From Hemiscyllium ocellatum (Eukaryota), in the NCBI RefSeq assembly GCF_020745735.1, contig NC_083445.1, positions 26,224,324-26,288,323 of the forward strand: a stretch of DNA of 64,000 bases, read 5' to 3'. The notes under the pieces were generated by a model. The model did not search any database and was not told the DNA's origin. It saw only the letters and a list, made by a program, of their open reading frames with translations. Positions 1 to 13,700 of this stretch are shown one piece after another (position 1 is the stretch's first letter; each line of letters begins with the position of its first letter). A program made the position numbers and the translations under genes.

Positions 1-3000
1 TTCTGTCCACTGAAACTTCGTGCACTTCTTCAGTAAATCCATTAATGGTACCACTACACTGCTGAGGTTTGAAGCAAACTTCAGGTGGAATCCATTTAGT
101 CTCAAGAATCGAGACACCTCCTTCTTCAAGGTTGGTATTGGAAATTCCTCGATGGGCTTCTTCTCTCCATTGCTTGGGGTAAACCTTCCATGGCAGATGT
201 TATGCCCCAAGAATGTCACCCCTGCCTTCGAAAATCCGGTTTTTTTACTCTTATCAACGATTTTCTTCTCATAGTCATTTCTCGTAGCTCTGCCAACTAT
301 ATCATGTGATCGTTTCAGGACTCACTAAAAATCATTACATCGTTCAGATAGACTGTACGGTTTGTTAACACAGCCACAACTCTGTTCAGGAGTCTTTGGA
401 ACGTGCCGAGTGCATTCTTCATTCCAAGGGCATTACTTTGAATTGATATAGCCCATTTGGGGTAAGAAACACAGAAATTTCTTTCACTTTCCCTCATCAT
501 GGTAATTGTCAATAACTTGGCAGTAAATCCAACTTTGTGATGTAACTGACTTATACAACTTCCTCTATATAATCCTCCAATCTCGGCATAGGGTATGAGC
601 CTAATTTTGTCATGTCTTTGACATTCCGATAGTCCACACAAAATCATTGAGTCCTGTCAGGTTTAGGAACTCACACAATCGGTGAACTCCACTCGCTCTG
701 ACTCTGTTCAGTGGTATCTTCATTGAGCAGCGTATCCACTTCCATCTGGACCGGTGTGGTTTGAAAGGATTAAGCCTGTAAGGGTGTTATTTTATCAGAA
801 CAGCATTCCCTACAGCTACCTCATGCACAATAGCATTTGTCCACCCCATCTTATTCCTGCATATGTCCTCATACTGCTTTAACAAACCTTTCAACTGTGT
901 TTTTTGCTCCTGAGAAAAATAGTTCACTAACCTATCCCACTTCTCAAGGACTTCCTCACCCTTAAACATCTTTTGAGGCACATAAAACTCCACAACATCT
1001 GGATTTGATTCCTCACTCTGCGGTGCAGTATCTAACTTCTGTTTCTCTCGTTCCTTCTGTTTATTACAAAAATATTTCAACATATTCACATGACATTCCT
1101 GATACAGTTTTATTTCTTTCTATCCAGCATCCTTACCAGATGATTTACTTGACTTAAGTTTTTCTCGATTTGATAGGGACCACTAAACCTGACTTCGAAG
1201 GTATCTCCTACCCCTGGGAACAAAACACAACATCATCCTTACAGGAAAACACCTGAATTCCAGAGTTTTTTTTTAAACTGCCACTTGCTTCATTCTATGC
1301 TGTGCCCTCTTTGGGTATAGCTATCTCAGTTACCTGATTAAATCTCTCACTCACCTTCGATACATAATCCAAATGTGAGATCTCTGAGTTTGGTCATGTC
1401 AATTTCTCTTTAATTCGTTTCAAAGAGCCTTGCAATTCATGTCCGAATATTAACTCAAAAGGAGGAATCTGAGTAGATTCGTTTAGGCATCTCTCATTTC
1501 AAACAATACAAATTTAATATCTTTATCCCAATCAATGAAGTAATCTTGACAGTATGCTCTCAACATGATGTTTAGGGTCTATTGCCAACTCTCTGAAACT
1601 CCCTGGGATTCAGGAGTGAAAGCACTTGATTTAAAGTGCTGTGTGCTTTAGTTATCTATAACCTCCTTAAACAGTCTGACAGTAAAATTAGATCATTGAT
1701 CTGACAGAATCTCTCTGGGTAGCCGATAACACGTGAAGAAAGCTACTAACTCCTCCACCACCCTTTTTGCCTTATCCTCCATAATGAAATTGCCTCCAGA
1801 AATCTGGTGGACACATCCATTATGGTTAACAAGTACTGGTTCCCACATTTTGTTCTCTGGAGAGGACCTGCACGATCAATTATAATCCACGTGAAAGGTT
1901 CTGCAAATGCGGGAATTGGCTACAAAGGTTCTGGTTTTATTACTGCCTGTGTCTTACCTACCATTTGGCTGCCTGGAACACTTCCTTTCTGTATGCTACC
2001 GGCCCAACTATTTCATGGACGTCTGCTATTTCACCTCTGCACTATGCCATTATCTCCATTTCTGCCTTTGGATTCTATCTTTAAGATAATAAACGTCAGG
2101 TATATTCTCTGCCTCCTTTTCTGAGTACGCAACAACATATATGTATTTTATTGCTTCGTCTGTCAGCGGTACATCCATTAGCCTTGTAGGACAAAACACT
2201 TCTTCCTGACCCTGTGCCTGTTCAATTTTTTCATACATCATTACGTCAAACGGAGTGTCCGTTAACTGAACCTCAATATCTTCATGTTTCTCATTAGTTT
2301 TTTCTTTGTGCTGTAATTTATGATAGTGGGATCTGGTTACCACACAGTCTGGGAAAATACCAGGGTGTTTTTGTTTTAACTGCTCCGTTCCTTGGTCTTC
2401 TTTGGGCTTTCCTACAACAAGGGGTGTCACTCCCACCTTGGATCCTGCTAAATCATTCCTAAGAACAAACTGAATTCCTGGAACTGACACTTCGTCAATC
2501 ACTCCCACTGTTACTTCCCTTGTCTTGAGTTGGCACTCCCACTTGATCTTACATAGCAGAATGCCATATTTCTGTCCATCTATCCAACAAATTACCCTCT
2601 CAGGTAACAGTTCATAAAGAGTGCCAACACGTTCATCTCTTCTTATTACAGACTGGTTAGATCCTGCATCGCTCAAAATTATAACTTATTTCCTCCTCCC
2701 CTGTTCTTTCTGAGTAACCTTTACCCACAGAGGTGTTTGGTTTTTTGTAGCGATCAGGTGATACCTACATATCCAGACCTTACCGAGGCTGTGTACTCTA
2801 CTGCAGTTCCTCGACTTTTCTTGTGTTTTCCTTCACTAATACCACTGGCTTAGCTCATTCACCATGTCTTCTCCTTTCTTTAATAACCAGCACTGTGACT
2901 TTACGTGTCCAACCTTCTGGCAGTGAAAGTGCCTTTGCCAATGCCTTTCTGAAAGAACTGGCACTGTAATTTTCTGTGTCTCGCTCCATTACAGTGAAAA

Positions 3001-3510
3001 CACCAGCGGCCTTTCACCTCCTTTCCACCCTCTTCAACTTCTTTAACCAGTGGTAAACAATTAACAGTGCTCTCTAATCTTTGTTTTGTTGTGTAGGATC
3101 GCCCCTTCTTCCAATTTCTACTCCTCATAGGATGAAATTCTTGCTGGAAGCTAACGTATGTCTTATGTACCAATGTATATTCAACTAACATTCCTGCTGC
3201 TTTTCTTACTTCTTGAACTTTCTGTTCCTCCACATGAATTCTTATTATCTCTGGAAGAGAGTTTTTAAACTCCTCCAGCAGAATAAGAGCCTCACAGGTC
3301 TTATCTATTTTTAAGGCCCACACCCAACTATCAAAATGACCAGGTTAAACACAACATAGGACTGATCCGTTTCCTTCTTTGCGTTTCTGAATCTGAAGTC
3401 TGTACACTTCTGAAACCAATTCATAAGCACTCAAAATAGCCTGTTTGACAATCTCTGAACGCTTCATCTGACAGCGCTGCAAATACCTCACCAGCTCTGC
3501 CTAACAATTG
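1..3510 (-). mobile_element. Decayed Gmr1-like Gypsy LTR retrotransposon, order gag-PR-INT-RT
   Basis: Gag zinc knuckle CFHCNGARHRKLQC (ORF 2901-3323). Integrase motifs at about 1060-2050 (FTWIIIDRAGP...YLLTIMDVSTRF; GPY). RT motifs (GMKNALGTFQRL...VYLND; FLGH) at 1-1060. Many stops and frameshifts. Confidence 0.85.
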
Positions 3511-3534
3511 AGTCTGAACTAGAATTACCCACAA

Positions 3535-5540
3535 GTCATAGAATCATCGAGATATACACCCTTACGTCCAAATCGTCCACACCGTCCAGATATCCTCACC
3601 TAACCTAATTCCATTATCTAGCGCTTCGTCCTTATCACTCGAACCCCTTCCTATTCAGATGCCTTTTAAATGCTGCACCTTTACCAGCTTCCACCACTTC
3701 CTCTGGCAGCTCATTCCACACACGCAACACTCTCTGTGTGAAAAGGTTGCTCCTTCTGTCTCTTTTATATGTCTTGCTTCTGACTTTAGACCTATGCCCT
3801 CTAGTTCTGGACACGTCCCATACCAAATAAAAGAGTTTGTTGATTTACCCTATACATGCCCCTCATGATTTTATAAACCTCTGCAATGTTACCCCTCGGC
3901 CTCCACACTCCTAGGAAAACTGCCCCAGCCTATTCAGCCTCTCTACATCACTCAAATCTTACAACCTTGGCAACATCCTTGGACATCCTTTCTGAACCCT
4001 TTCAAGTTTCACAATATCCTTCCGATAGAAAGGAGACCTGAGATGTTTGCAATATTCCAAAAGTAGCCTAACCAACATCCTGTACAGCCACAATATAACC
4101 TCTGAGCTCCTTAACTCATTACTCTGGCCAATAAAGGAAAGCATACCAAACACCTTCTTCATTAACCCATCTACCTGCGACTCTAATTTCAAGGAGATAT
4201 GAACCTGCACACCAGGGTCTCTTTGTTCAGCAACATTCCATAGGACCTTACCATTAAGTGTATAAATTCTGTTCTGAGTTGCTTTCCCAAGATGCAGCAC
4301 CTCAGATTTATCTAATTTAAAATCCTTCGACCAGTCCTCAGTCCATTGGCCTATCTGATCAAGATCCCATTATACAATGACATAACCTTGTTCACTGTCT
4401 ACTACACCTCCAATTTTGTTGTCATCTGAAAACTTGCTAAATATACCTCTTTTACTCACATCGAAATCATTTATGTAAATGACAAAAAGTCGTATACCCA
4501 GCACCGATCCTTGTGGCACTCCACTGGTCACAGGCCTCCAGTCTGAAAAGCAACCCTCCACCACCACCCTATCCTCTATGTTCAACCCAGTTCTGTATCC
4601 AAGTGGCGAGTACTCTGTGTTTCGTGAGTTCTACCTTGCTAACCAGTCCATCATGGGGAACCTTGAAGAACACTTCACTGAAGTCCATATCGAACACAAT
4701 CACCGCTGTGCTCTCATCAATTCTCATTATTACTTATTCAAAATAACTCAATCAAGTTCATGAGACGTGATTTCCTACACACAAAATCATGCTGACTATC
4801 TCTAATCAGTCCTTGCCTTTCCAAATACATGTAAATTCTGTCTCTCAGGACTCCCTCAAACAACTTGTCCACCACTCAAGTCAGGCTCACTGGTCTATAG
4901 TTCACCTGCCTTTTCCTTACCACCTTTCTTAACTAGTGACACCACGGTATCCAACCTCCATCCTTCCAGGACCTCACCTGTGAGTATCGATGATGCAAAT
5001 ATTTCAGCAAGGGTCCCAATAATCACTTCCTGAGCTTCTCACAGAGTTTCAGGTACACCTGATCAGGTTCTAGGGTTTTATCCACTTTTGTGCATTTTAA
5101 GACGTCCAGCATGTCCTCCTCTGTAATGTATTCTTTAACTCTAAACGTGGAAAATAAACAACAACTTCTTACAACTCTAAGCCTCCTTCCTCTTAAAAGT
5201 CTATTATCTACCTCCAATTCTACAACAATATACTGATCCAGTAAAAGCTCCTATTAAAATTGCATCAACTTAAGCTCAACACCAGACAGTGGATGGAGAC
5301 CAGAATTGCATGCAAGATTCCAACAGTGGCCTAACCAATGTCCTGTACAGCCGCGACATGACCTCTCAACTCCTGTACTCAACACTCTGACCAATAAAGG
5401 AAAGCATACCAAACACCTTTTCACTATCCTATCTACCTGTGGCTCCACTTTCAATGAGCTATAAACCTGCACTCCAAGGTCTCTTTGTTCAGCAACATTC
5501 TCTAGGAACTTACCCTTAAGTGTATAAGTCCTGCTAAGAT
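3535..5540 (-). mobile_element. CR1-like LINE RT and 3' fragments
   Basis: ORF pieces [10 protein letters not shown]...FSDDNKIGG and LERVQ; 3' UTR near 3535. Confidence 0.85.
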
Positions 5541-8145
5541 TTGCTTTCCCAACAGTTGCTCAAAGTCTTCACTGCATGCAGACTATTCACAGAGATACAA
5601 TCAGATCAAGCGTCAAATTTTGTATCAAAATTATTCATGAAAGTTATGGATAGCTTCGGAATAAAGCAATTAAAATCTCCTGCGGACAATCAAGAATTGC
5701 AGGGAGCGGTAGAAAGGTGGCATCAGATATTAAAGGAGAAAGTGAGGCCTGCAGATGCTGGAGATCAGAGTTGAAAATGTGTTGCTGGAAAAGCGCAGCA
5801 GGTCAGGCAGCATCCAAGGAACAGGAAATTCGACGTTTCAGGCATAAGCCTGAAGAAGGGCTTATGCCCGAGACGTCGAATTTCCTGTTCCTTGGATGCT
5901 GCCTGACCTGCTGCGCTTTTCCAGCAACACATTTCCAGATCAGATATTAAAGACCAGACTTGGGGCTATACTTAAGACTATCCAGATGATTGGGATAGGA
6001 GCTTCCATTTGTGCTTCTTGACATCAGAGAAACACCAAATGAATCGACCAAATACATACATTTAAATTCGTTTTTGAGGCATGAAGTGAGGGTAACACTG
6101 AAATTAATAAAGGAGAAATTGGTGAGTCGGAGTTCAGATTCCGCATATTTGGGCTATGTGTTAAATTTTGGGGAACGGTTAAATAGAGAAAGGCTCGACA
6201 GCACTTCAAAATATCACAGTATACGACAACATAGGAAGCGGACAAGTAAACAAAAACTCGTACTTTTGCGAACAGAGATAAGGTATTAGTGATAATTTCA
6301 GTCATAGCTGAAATTTTAAAAACGTGGTTTAGTTAGTCTTAACAAGTTGAAAGGGCATTGAGTGAGATGGATTATTTGATAAGGACTCCAGACAGAAAAT
6401 AAATCAGACAGAGAGTGTCACATGAATCTGCTCAAAAGCTATTTTGACACGGAAGGAAAGCAAAAGGAATGTTGTTACTGATTACAACACAAAGTGAAGA
6501 GCCAAGTTCACAGGATTCTGAATTAACCATTCCTCAAATTAAATTGGACAACTGAGAAGTTGTCAAAAATTGGGATAAATGATTGAGTTACCTTCCAGAG
6601 GAAAATTCAAATGAACTGAAATGGTTGTTGTTATTGGATGGAGAGATATGTGGAAATAACCTGGGAAGTACTAATCTAACTTTGCATGATGTGGATATAG
6701 TAAATGCTGTTCCAATTCTGCAATATCATTTATGAACATAACCCTTGAAAGTTGGCATGGTTTCAAAATAAGATTAAACACTTTCTCCAAGATAACAGAA
6801 TTGAACTGAGTTGTAGTGACATGAGCTAACCCACAGTTATGATGCAAACATCAGATGGTACCCAGTGATTATATGGAGGCTATCGCAAAGTCAGTAAAGT
6901 TAGAAAATCATATTATTATCTGATTCCGTGTTTGGAAGACTGTATTGAGAAGGTGCGACAAGCAACCTATATTTCTAGGTTAGACTTACTCTGAGGATAC
7001 TGACAGGCACCCTTATCCGAAACAGCAAAGAGAATTATTGCTTTTGTAACGCCGACTGGACTGCATCAATTTAAAATCATTCCATTTGGTATGGCAAATG
7101 CGTTAGCTACATTTCAAAGATTAGCCAATAAAGTCCTTATCCAATGTGCGGTGAATATCAATGATCTGGTGTTTTTTTTAGTCATATGTGAAAGGGACAT
7201 TTGTAGCTTTTATTGGAAATATTTGATTGACTTCAGGAAACAGGCTTGGTGATAAACCTCGCTAAGAGTGAATTCACCAAAGCCTAAGTCATGTTCCTGG
7301 GCCATGTTATTGGACATAGGCAGATGGTCCCAAGGAATGGGAAGACAAAGGTTACTAGGGAGTTTCCCATGCTATTGACAAAGAGAGCAGTAGAATGATT
7401 CCTGGGACTGAGTGGGTTTTACCAGAAAATCATATCAAATTTCAGCAGTGCCGCTGCTCCACTCACTGAATTGCTAAAGACATGCAGGAAATTTCATTGA
7501 ATGCAGACTGTCCGAAGGCATTTGACAGCCTGAAAGCTGTGTTAACCACTGGCTCAGTATTAACTACAACTAATACGTTAAAGCCGTTCATGGTGGCTAT
7601 CAATGCGAGTGATGTGGGTGTTGGTGCTGTGCTCTTACAGGAAGTTGATGAGAGGATAGAAACACCTATTGCATATTTATTCAGGAAATTAAACATACAT
7701 CAACACAAATATTCAACAATTGAAAAGGAAACTTTGAGGCTTGGTGTTGGTGTTACAACATTTTCACATTTATGTTGCCTGTACTGTGTCTAAGTCAGTC
7801 TTGCATTCTGATGACAACCAATTAAAGGTTTTGAAGAAACCCAAGGACAAACATTCCAGACAGTTTAGATGGAGCTTATTATTGCAACTGTTCAATTTGA
7901 AAATTATATACCGAGAAGGATGAGAAAACATTATTGTCGGCACATTATCAAGACTTGGATGAAGAAGAATGGAAGTGTTCAGTAGCAGAAATAAACAGAG
8001 TGAAATAGAACGTAGTCGTGAATGTTTGCATGGTTATAGTCAGTGCAATGTATACGTATTGTTGAGTACTAACAGAGTAATGCTAAAGCATTTAAAATGA
8101 AGGTACTTTTGCACATTGAAGCCTCTTTTTTTTAAAATGGGGAGA
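5541..8145 (+). mobile_element. Second decayed Gmr1-like Gypsy element, INT-RT-RNaseH
   Basis: EIQSDQASNF...GAVERWHQILK (integrase core), RETPNEST, then RT (PFGMANALATFQRL) and RNaseH (INASDVGVGAVLLQ...YSTIEKE). Purine tract AAAATGGGGAGA at 8134-8145. Confidence 0.85.
5736..5938 (+). mobile_element. Foldback Penelope-derived mini-element, family 1
   Basis: 76-nt inverted arms (5775-5850 and 5859-5934, 74/76 identical) and a 14-bp TSD ATCAGATATTAAAG (5722-5735, 5939-5952). Confidence 0.85.
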
Positions 8146-8664
8146 TGTGACGGTGCTGCCACTTTAGAAAGATCATTTTGTCATTGTGTGTCTGTTTTCC
8201 CAAGAGAGATTATAAAGGCAGAGGTACAGAAGTATCGAGTTTAACACTGGCAGGGGATGGCCAATTCTCCAAGTTCAGATTTTTTTCTCTTATTTCGTAG
8301 CAGTCCACATGATGCTGAAAGCTTGAAAGCTTCAGCAGATGATTCCTGACTGCCTCTCCCTTTGTCTGAAATCTCTTTGGAAGTTCCTCCCTTCTGCCTG
8401 TAAGAATCTGTGTTTGCATTTAAGTTGCTGTATCCAGTCATATTCTGTTTTCTAGGAATTATGTTATTTGAAAATCATATTACTTTTGCTTATGTTTAAA
8501 CTGTAGTGTTCAAATAAACTCAGTTTTTCTTAAAGATGAGTGGTTTGAGCAGTTACATCGCTGCTGGAGCGCCTACTTCACATCTGCCTTCAAAATATGA
8601 AAACGTTAGGGTCCAGGCTACATTCGTAAAATAATTTAAGGGTGTCTGTCCTGGTCCATGAAAA
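8146..8664 (+). mobile_element. 3' LTR of the Gypsy element
   Basis: Starts TGTGAC directly after the purine tract and is similar along its length to the LTR at 58447-59029; the end is degenerate. Confidence 0.7.
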
Positions 8665-9469
8665 TTGTCTCTACGTCTTTTAATACTCCACTGAGACATA
8701 TTTCAGTAATTATTCGACACAACCATTCTGTTTTTTAATATGTATTCCATTATATTTTCACAATGACTTATTTCTTCCAAATCTATATCTTGTACTGACT
8801 CATTTATTCATGGACTGGTCAGTGTCTCGATCTCTTTTCCTTTTCTGCTGGAGCATTTTCATGATATTGCAGAACTATACAATAGCTCTGTCCAATCAAG
8901 TTTAGATCCTCCTTCTCTTCTTATTGTTGTACTCATTATCATCTTTAATACTACCTGAGATCCTGGGAGTACAGAATTTGGATTGATCTTCTTTTATGTC
9001 GCATATAACCTATTGTAGCTGCTGTGAAGGTTCCAGCCAACTTTTCTGCTTACATTGCATAGAGGCCTAACTCATTTTAATGCATTCCTGATCCTCTAGA
9101 GTTTGGAAGATGTTCTTCCTCACCTCGCCATTGCCTCTATGGCCAATTATTTCACTTCAGTATCCTTTAGTTCCTCTTCTTTGCATGAAGGGGAACACAT
9201 CCTTTATTTCTCTGAACAATCTCCTCATCATTTTACATGTGTCAATCAACCCCATCTCCTACATTTCTCCTGAAAAGGAAACTACTCCACCTTCCACAAC
9301 ATGCCCGGGGAGTGGAAGCTCCTCATGTATAAATATGGTCTTGAATACTTTCGCTGTACTATATCACGCCTATACATTAATAGAATCCCTAAGGCATGGA
9401 AGCCAGCCATTCGGCACATCATGTCCTCAGCGATCCTCCAGAGAGCATCCCACCCCGACCCAAACCCCT

Positions 9470-9720
9470 TCCCTATAACCCTGTTTTTCCAGTGACTAAT
9501 CGACCCAGCCTGCACATTCCTGGGCACTATTGGTAATTTAGCATGGCCAGTCAACCTAATTTGTACATATTTGGATTGTGGACTTAAAGCAGAGCACCCA
9601 AAGGAATCCAGGCATAACAATGCACAAACTCCAACTGAGTTGCCTGAGGGTGGAATTAAACTCAGCTCCTTGGTGCTCTGAGGTAGCAGTGCTAACTGCT
9701 GAGCCACCATGATGCCCAAA
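9470..9720 (-). mobile_element. HE1-like tRNA-derived SINE
   Basis: Minus strand begins GGTGGCTCAGCAGTTAGCACTGCT, a tRNA-like head; the body is shared with other copies in the window. Confidence 0.75.
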
Positions 9721-10610
9721 ACTGTTTGCAGCATTCAAAGTTACGCCTTATGAAATTTCTACAGAGGTTTCAAATCCTGCTGATTTGATTTGGTTTGAAT
9801 TATTGTCACATGTACCTGCGTACAGTGAAAAGCTGTGTTTGCGAGCAGTACAGGCAGATCATAGTAAACAAGGACACAGATCATAGAGTGAGAAAAACAT
9901 ATTTAGACAGAGTAAGGCTTTCAGGTTACATCCCACAGGATGTGTGTGAGGCAAGATCAACATATTTGAAGTTAAAGAATCCACTCATCAGTTTAATAAC
10001 GGCCAGGAAGAAGCTGTTCCGGGATGTGTCGGTGCGTGTGTTCAGCTTTCTGGAATTCCTGTTTGTAATAAGTGATTGTAGGAGATCATTACTGGGTTGC
10101 GATTACCATGATGATGTTGGCTTTCTTGCTTTTCCATTCTGTGATGTGTTATAATTGTGTTACTTTCTTCTCTTATTGCCTCTTTCCATTCTTTCTCACT
10201 AACTTAATCGTGCTAAAACTCTGTGTGCTACATTGCAGGTGTCATTTGTTGGCGTATTCCACAAATCTCTCCAGGTCGTTATAAAATTCTGAACCATCTT
10301 ACTCCTTGTTCACAAAGATTGGCTAGTTACATGTTATTGCAAAGTGTGAAGTTGCGCAATTTATGCCAAGGCTTTATCTACCTGTAGAATATCACTATGA
10401 ACCTTTTTACAGTCCAAAGTTTAAACAAAACAAACTTTTAATCCATAATTTTGCCAACTTGCTCTAGAGTCTATTGTGAAGGACGTTTTCAAATAAATAT
10501 TTGAACTGCATGTGGAGCACATCAGTCGAATTAGTTCAGCATCACCTTTGTTAGCCACACCAAGTGGGTGTGTGTGATTAACCCTAAACAATCCTCTGAT
10601 GGTTTCTTGC

Positions 10611-10704
10611 ATTAATCAATAATTCTCAATGCTCATTAATCAATAATTCTCAATGCTCATTATTCAATAATTCTCAATGCTCATTAATCAATAATTCTCA
10701 ACGC
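10611..10704. repeat. 24-bp minisatellite, about 4 copies (ATTAATCAATAATTCTCAATGCTC)
   Basis: Units start at 10611, 10635, 10659 and 10683, with at most one change each. Confidence 0.95.
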
Positions 10705-13700
10705 TGTGAGGGCTCATCTTCCATGCAATGCTGCAATAGTAATTTGCAACTAATCACAGGTGAATCTGGTTGATTTATGTCAATGAAAGATGTATGTCTT
10801 AAGCTTCGTTAATTAATATTGCTGATCTGAGCTGAATTTAAAAAAATTGCTCCGGTCATCCTCTGTGGAATATTTTGACAATTAAATTCCACGTCAGCAG
10901 ACAAAGTGTGGTATGGAATTTAGTGATCTGTGATATCATTGAAACCATTGCGGAATGTCCGTTATAAATCAAGTGAATGACAGCCTCCAAATTAGACAAT
11001 GGGCAAAGCTTAACAGAAAATCTTAACTACATAAAGGAATTACTTAGCCCATCTGATCTGTGGCTCCGGACAATGAGCCTTCCAGTCTACATTCATTTTA
11101 TAGCATATGGTCCGTAAATGCACAAGCCAAGTTATTTAGTGTACATACCAAACATATTTGAAATGATGTGAGTGTTCCAGCCTCTACTATTTCATGCAGT
11201 CAGCTTCCTGAATGTCCCAAGCCACTTTGCTGCCTTATCGTATCACGAAGTGCTCCATTTACTCAGTTTCCTCCGAAGCTAGATAAACACTTCCCATTTA
11301 TTGTATCCAGGTCGTGATATTTATGCGCTTCTCAAATAAAAAACTAAATCTCCTCGATCTCTCCGACAACGCTTGAACAATTCCTACCAAGCCAATACAG
11401 TGTTTGTACAATCATGGCAGCATCCTCCAAAACCCAATTAACCAGCATATTCTGTCTGTATTAAGGTGACCAACTGTTCTTCCATTGTATGTATGCATGC
11501 ACGTTTGTTTGTTGTTATTCCATCTGTCATTGGCATTAATTCCAAATTGCTAACATTAACTGAGATCACATTGACCACGCTTCACCAGGAATTTTGGAAA
11601 TCACATGACATTCACGAGAATTCATATCAAAATATGATTAAAACTGTGCACGGATAATGTGCCGTCATTACTTGTGCGATAATTACATAGGATCCAATCT
11701 ACTACCTGCACATGATACAATCTCCAATGGTGGAAATACTGGCATATGAGGAAAAAAAAGTAGAAGCTATTTTTGATTATGTGGAACAAGATAATTGTTT
11801 CGAATAGGTGTTTCAGTCCTGAGTTGCAGAATAGGCCATTTCTAAACTTTGTTTCTGGAGGGTTTCTAACATTGTTGACTAACTGACTCAAAAAGAGAGA
11901 GAGAGAGAGAGAGGAAAGGGTGTTTCACTCTTCCATAGCATCTCCTTGTCAGCAAGAAATGCATCTTTGAATTAAATTGAGGGTAGCAATGTAGGTGTTG
12001 AAACAGACACTGTGCACACAATGTCCCAAAAGGTCAGTAGTGTGGTAGTGTGATGATCATCTATTTTCTTGCCGGTGATGGAATCAAATTAAATTCAAAA
12101 GTACAGTAGGGAAACCTCCCTTTCAGTTCTTTGGAATAGTAAAATTGGATGCTATGGATGGAACTGAGATGGCAGAAAGGTCTTCAATTTCACACCACAG
12201 GGGAATGTGAGAGAATATTCGGTTGGAAATTCAGATAATCGGTGTCATTGCATATAGGGATCGGGAAGATACAAATATACTGAACTCGAGGCAATATTAT
12301 GAAGTTGAAGGCATTTACTGTACAGTTAAGAGAGCACGAAGGCTGTTTTGGCAGTGAGAGTTTGTAGTCAACTGATATCTTACTGACTGGCAGCCAAAGG
12401 CTGTGCTAAAAAATTGAAAGATGTAACACATTACTGTAACCTAGATGCATGAGTTGTGTTCATGGCAGTTTGAATTTAACCAATCTGTTTACATTGTGTA
12501 CCAAGATACTAAAACCCAATCGAAATTGAATTTTACTAGTTTGACAACATTGAGCTAATGAGATGATCTGATGTTTTGGGACATAAAAAAAAACAGGCAT
12601 TTTGGACAGTTAGCAAAGCGAGGGCACCACATGTCATTATCAGACAGACTGTCCAAACAACCTCTCTCTAAAATGTATCTTGTTCATATGAAACATCTGT
12701 ACAGCAGAAAACCAAAGATGTCCCAGAAAGATCAACAAAGAGAGAAAGATGACAGCTGCTGTCTGGTTTTAAAAGTTGATTTGCTGTAAATTTATTAGGG
12801 GATTTATTAGATCAGTGTATTCTTATAGAGTGAGCGATAGATAACAAACCTTCAGGACAAAGGGGATGAGAGTTGTAAATAGCTGTTGCTTAATTTTCAG
12901 TTTTGGAGTTAAAGGATACAATTATTATTTTTTCTTTAAATAATGCAATTTTGGGGAGTTCCTCTTTCAATCATACTTTCACAGAATGGCAGGCGAGGTG
13001 AGCTTTTCTGTGTGTTTGGTTTAATTGTCAGAAAGATGCACAGCCATGTCACAACAGTAATCATTGCCTGAGCTGCAGTTGCAGATGCATTGAGAATTCA
13101 GACTGACTCTCCGTCTCTCAGAAATTACTTGTACCGACAGTACAGGTCCTGACTGTGAACTTTGACTTGAATCCGACCCCAGAATTGTTCTATTATTCTG
13201 AAATTTCCAACATAAAATTCAAAACATACAATAGGTCACCTAAAACTTGAAAGGTAATACAAAGAAACTTTGAACATACTGACTCATCATCTTAAAGTGC
13301 TCTTTTTCAGACCACAGGTTATGATGCACGAATATTCCTGACGGTATGGCAATGTTTGCAACGATTAATCAACGGGAACATACAAATCAGTTACAAATAA
13401 TCAATGGCTTTCAAAATTGGGAGGCTATGGAACTCCGAGGAGATTGAAGCAACGCACTGTTTGAGAAAAAAAAAACGAATTTCCTCTTGTTAAGCAGGAA
13501 TTGCGATAATATGGGGAAGTATCAGTTACTGTGTAGGGTGGTGGGCTGTGAAATATTGGCGGATCTGGTATTGTGCCTTCTCTCATGTTTCCTTCCTATC
13601 CATTGGTAAGAAACAGTTACCACTGCGATTTGCCCTTTGAGGGTAATCTGAAACTCAACACAGTTTAATAATCTCAGGATGTTGGAGAGAATCTCTAAAA

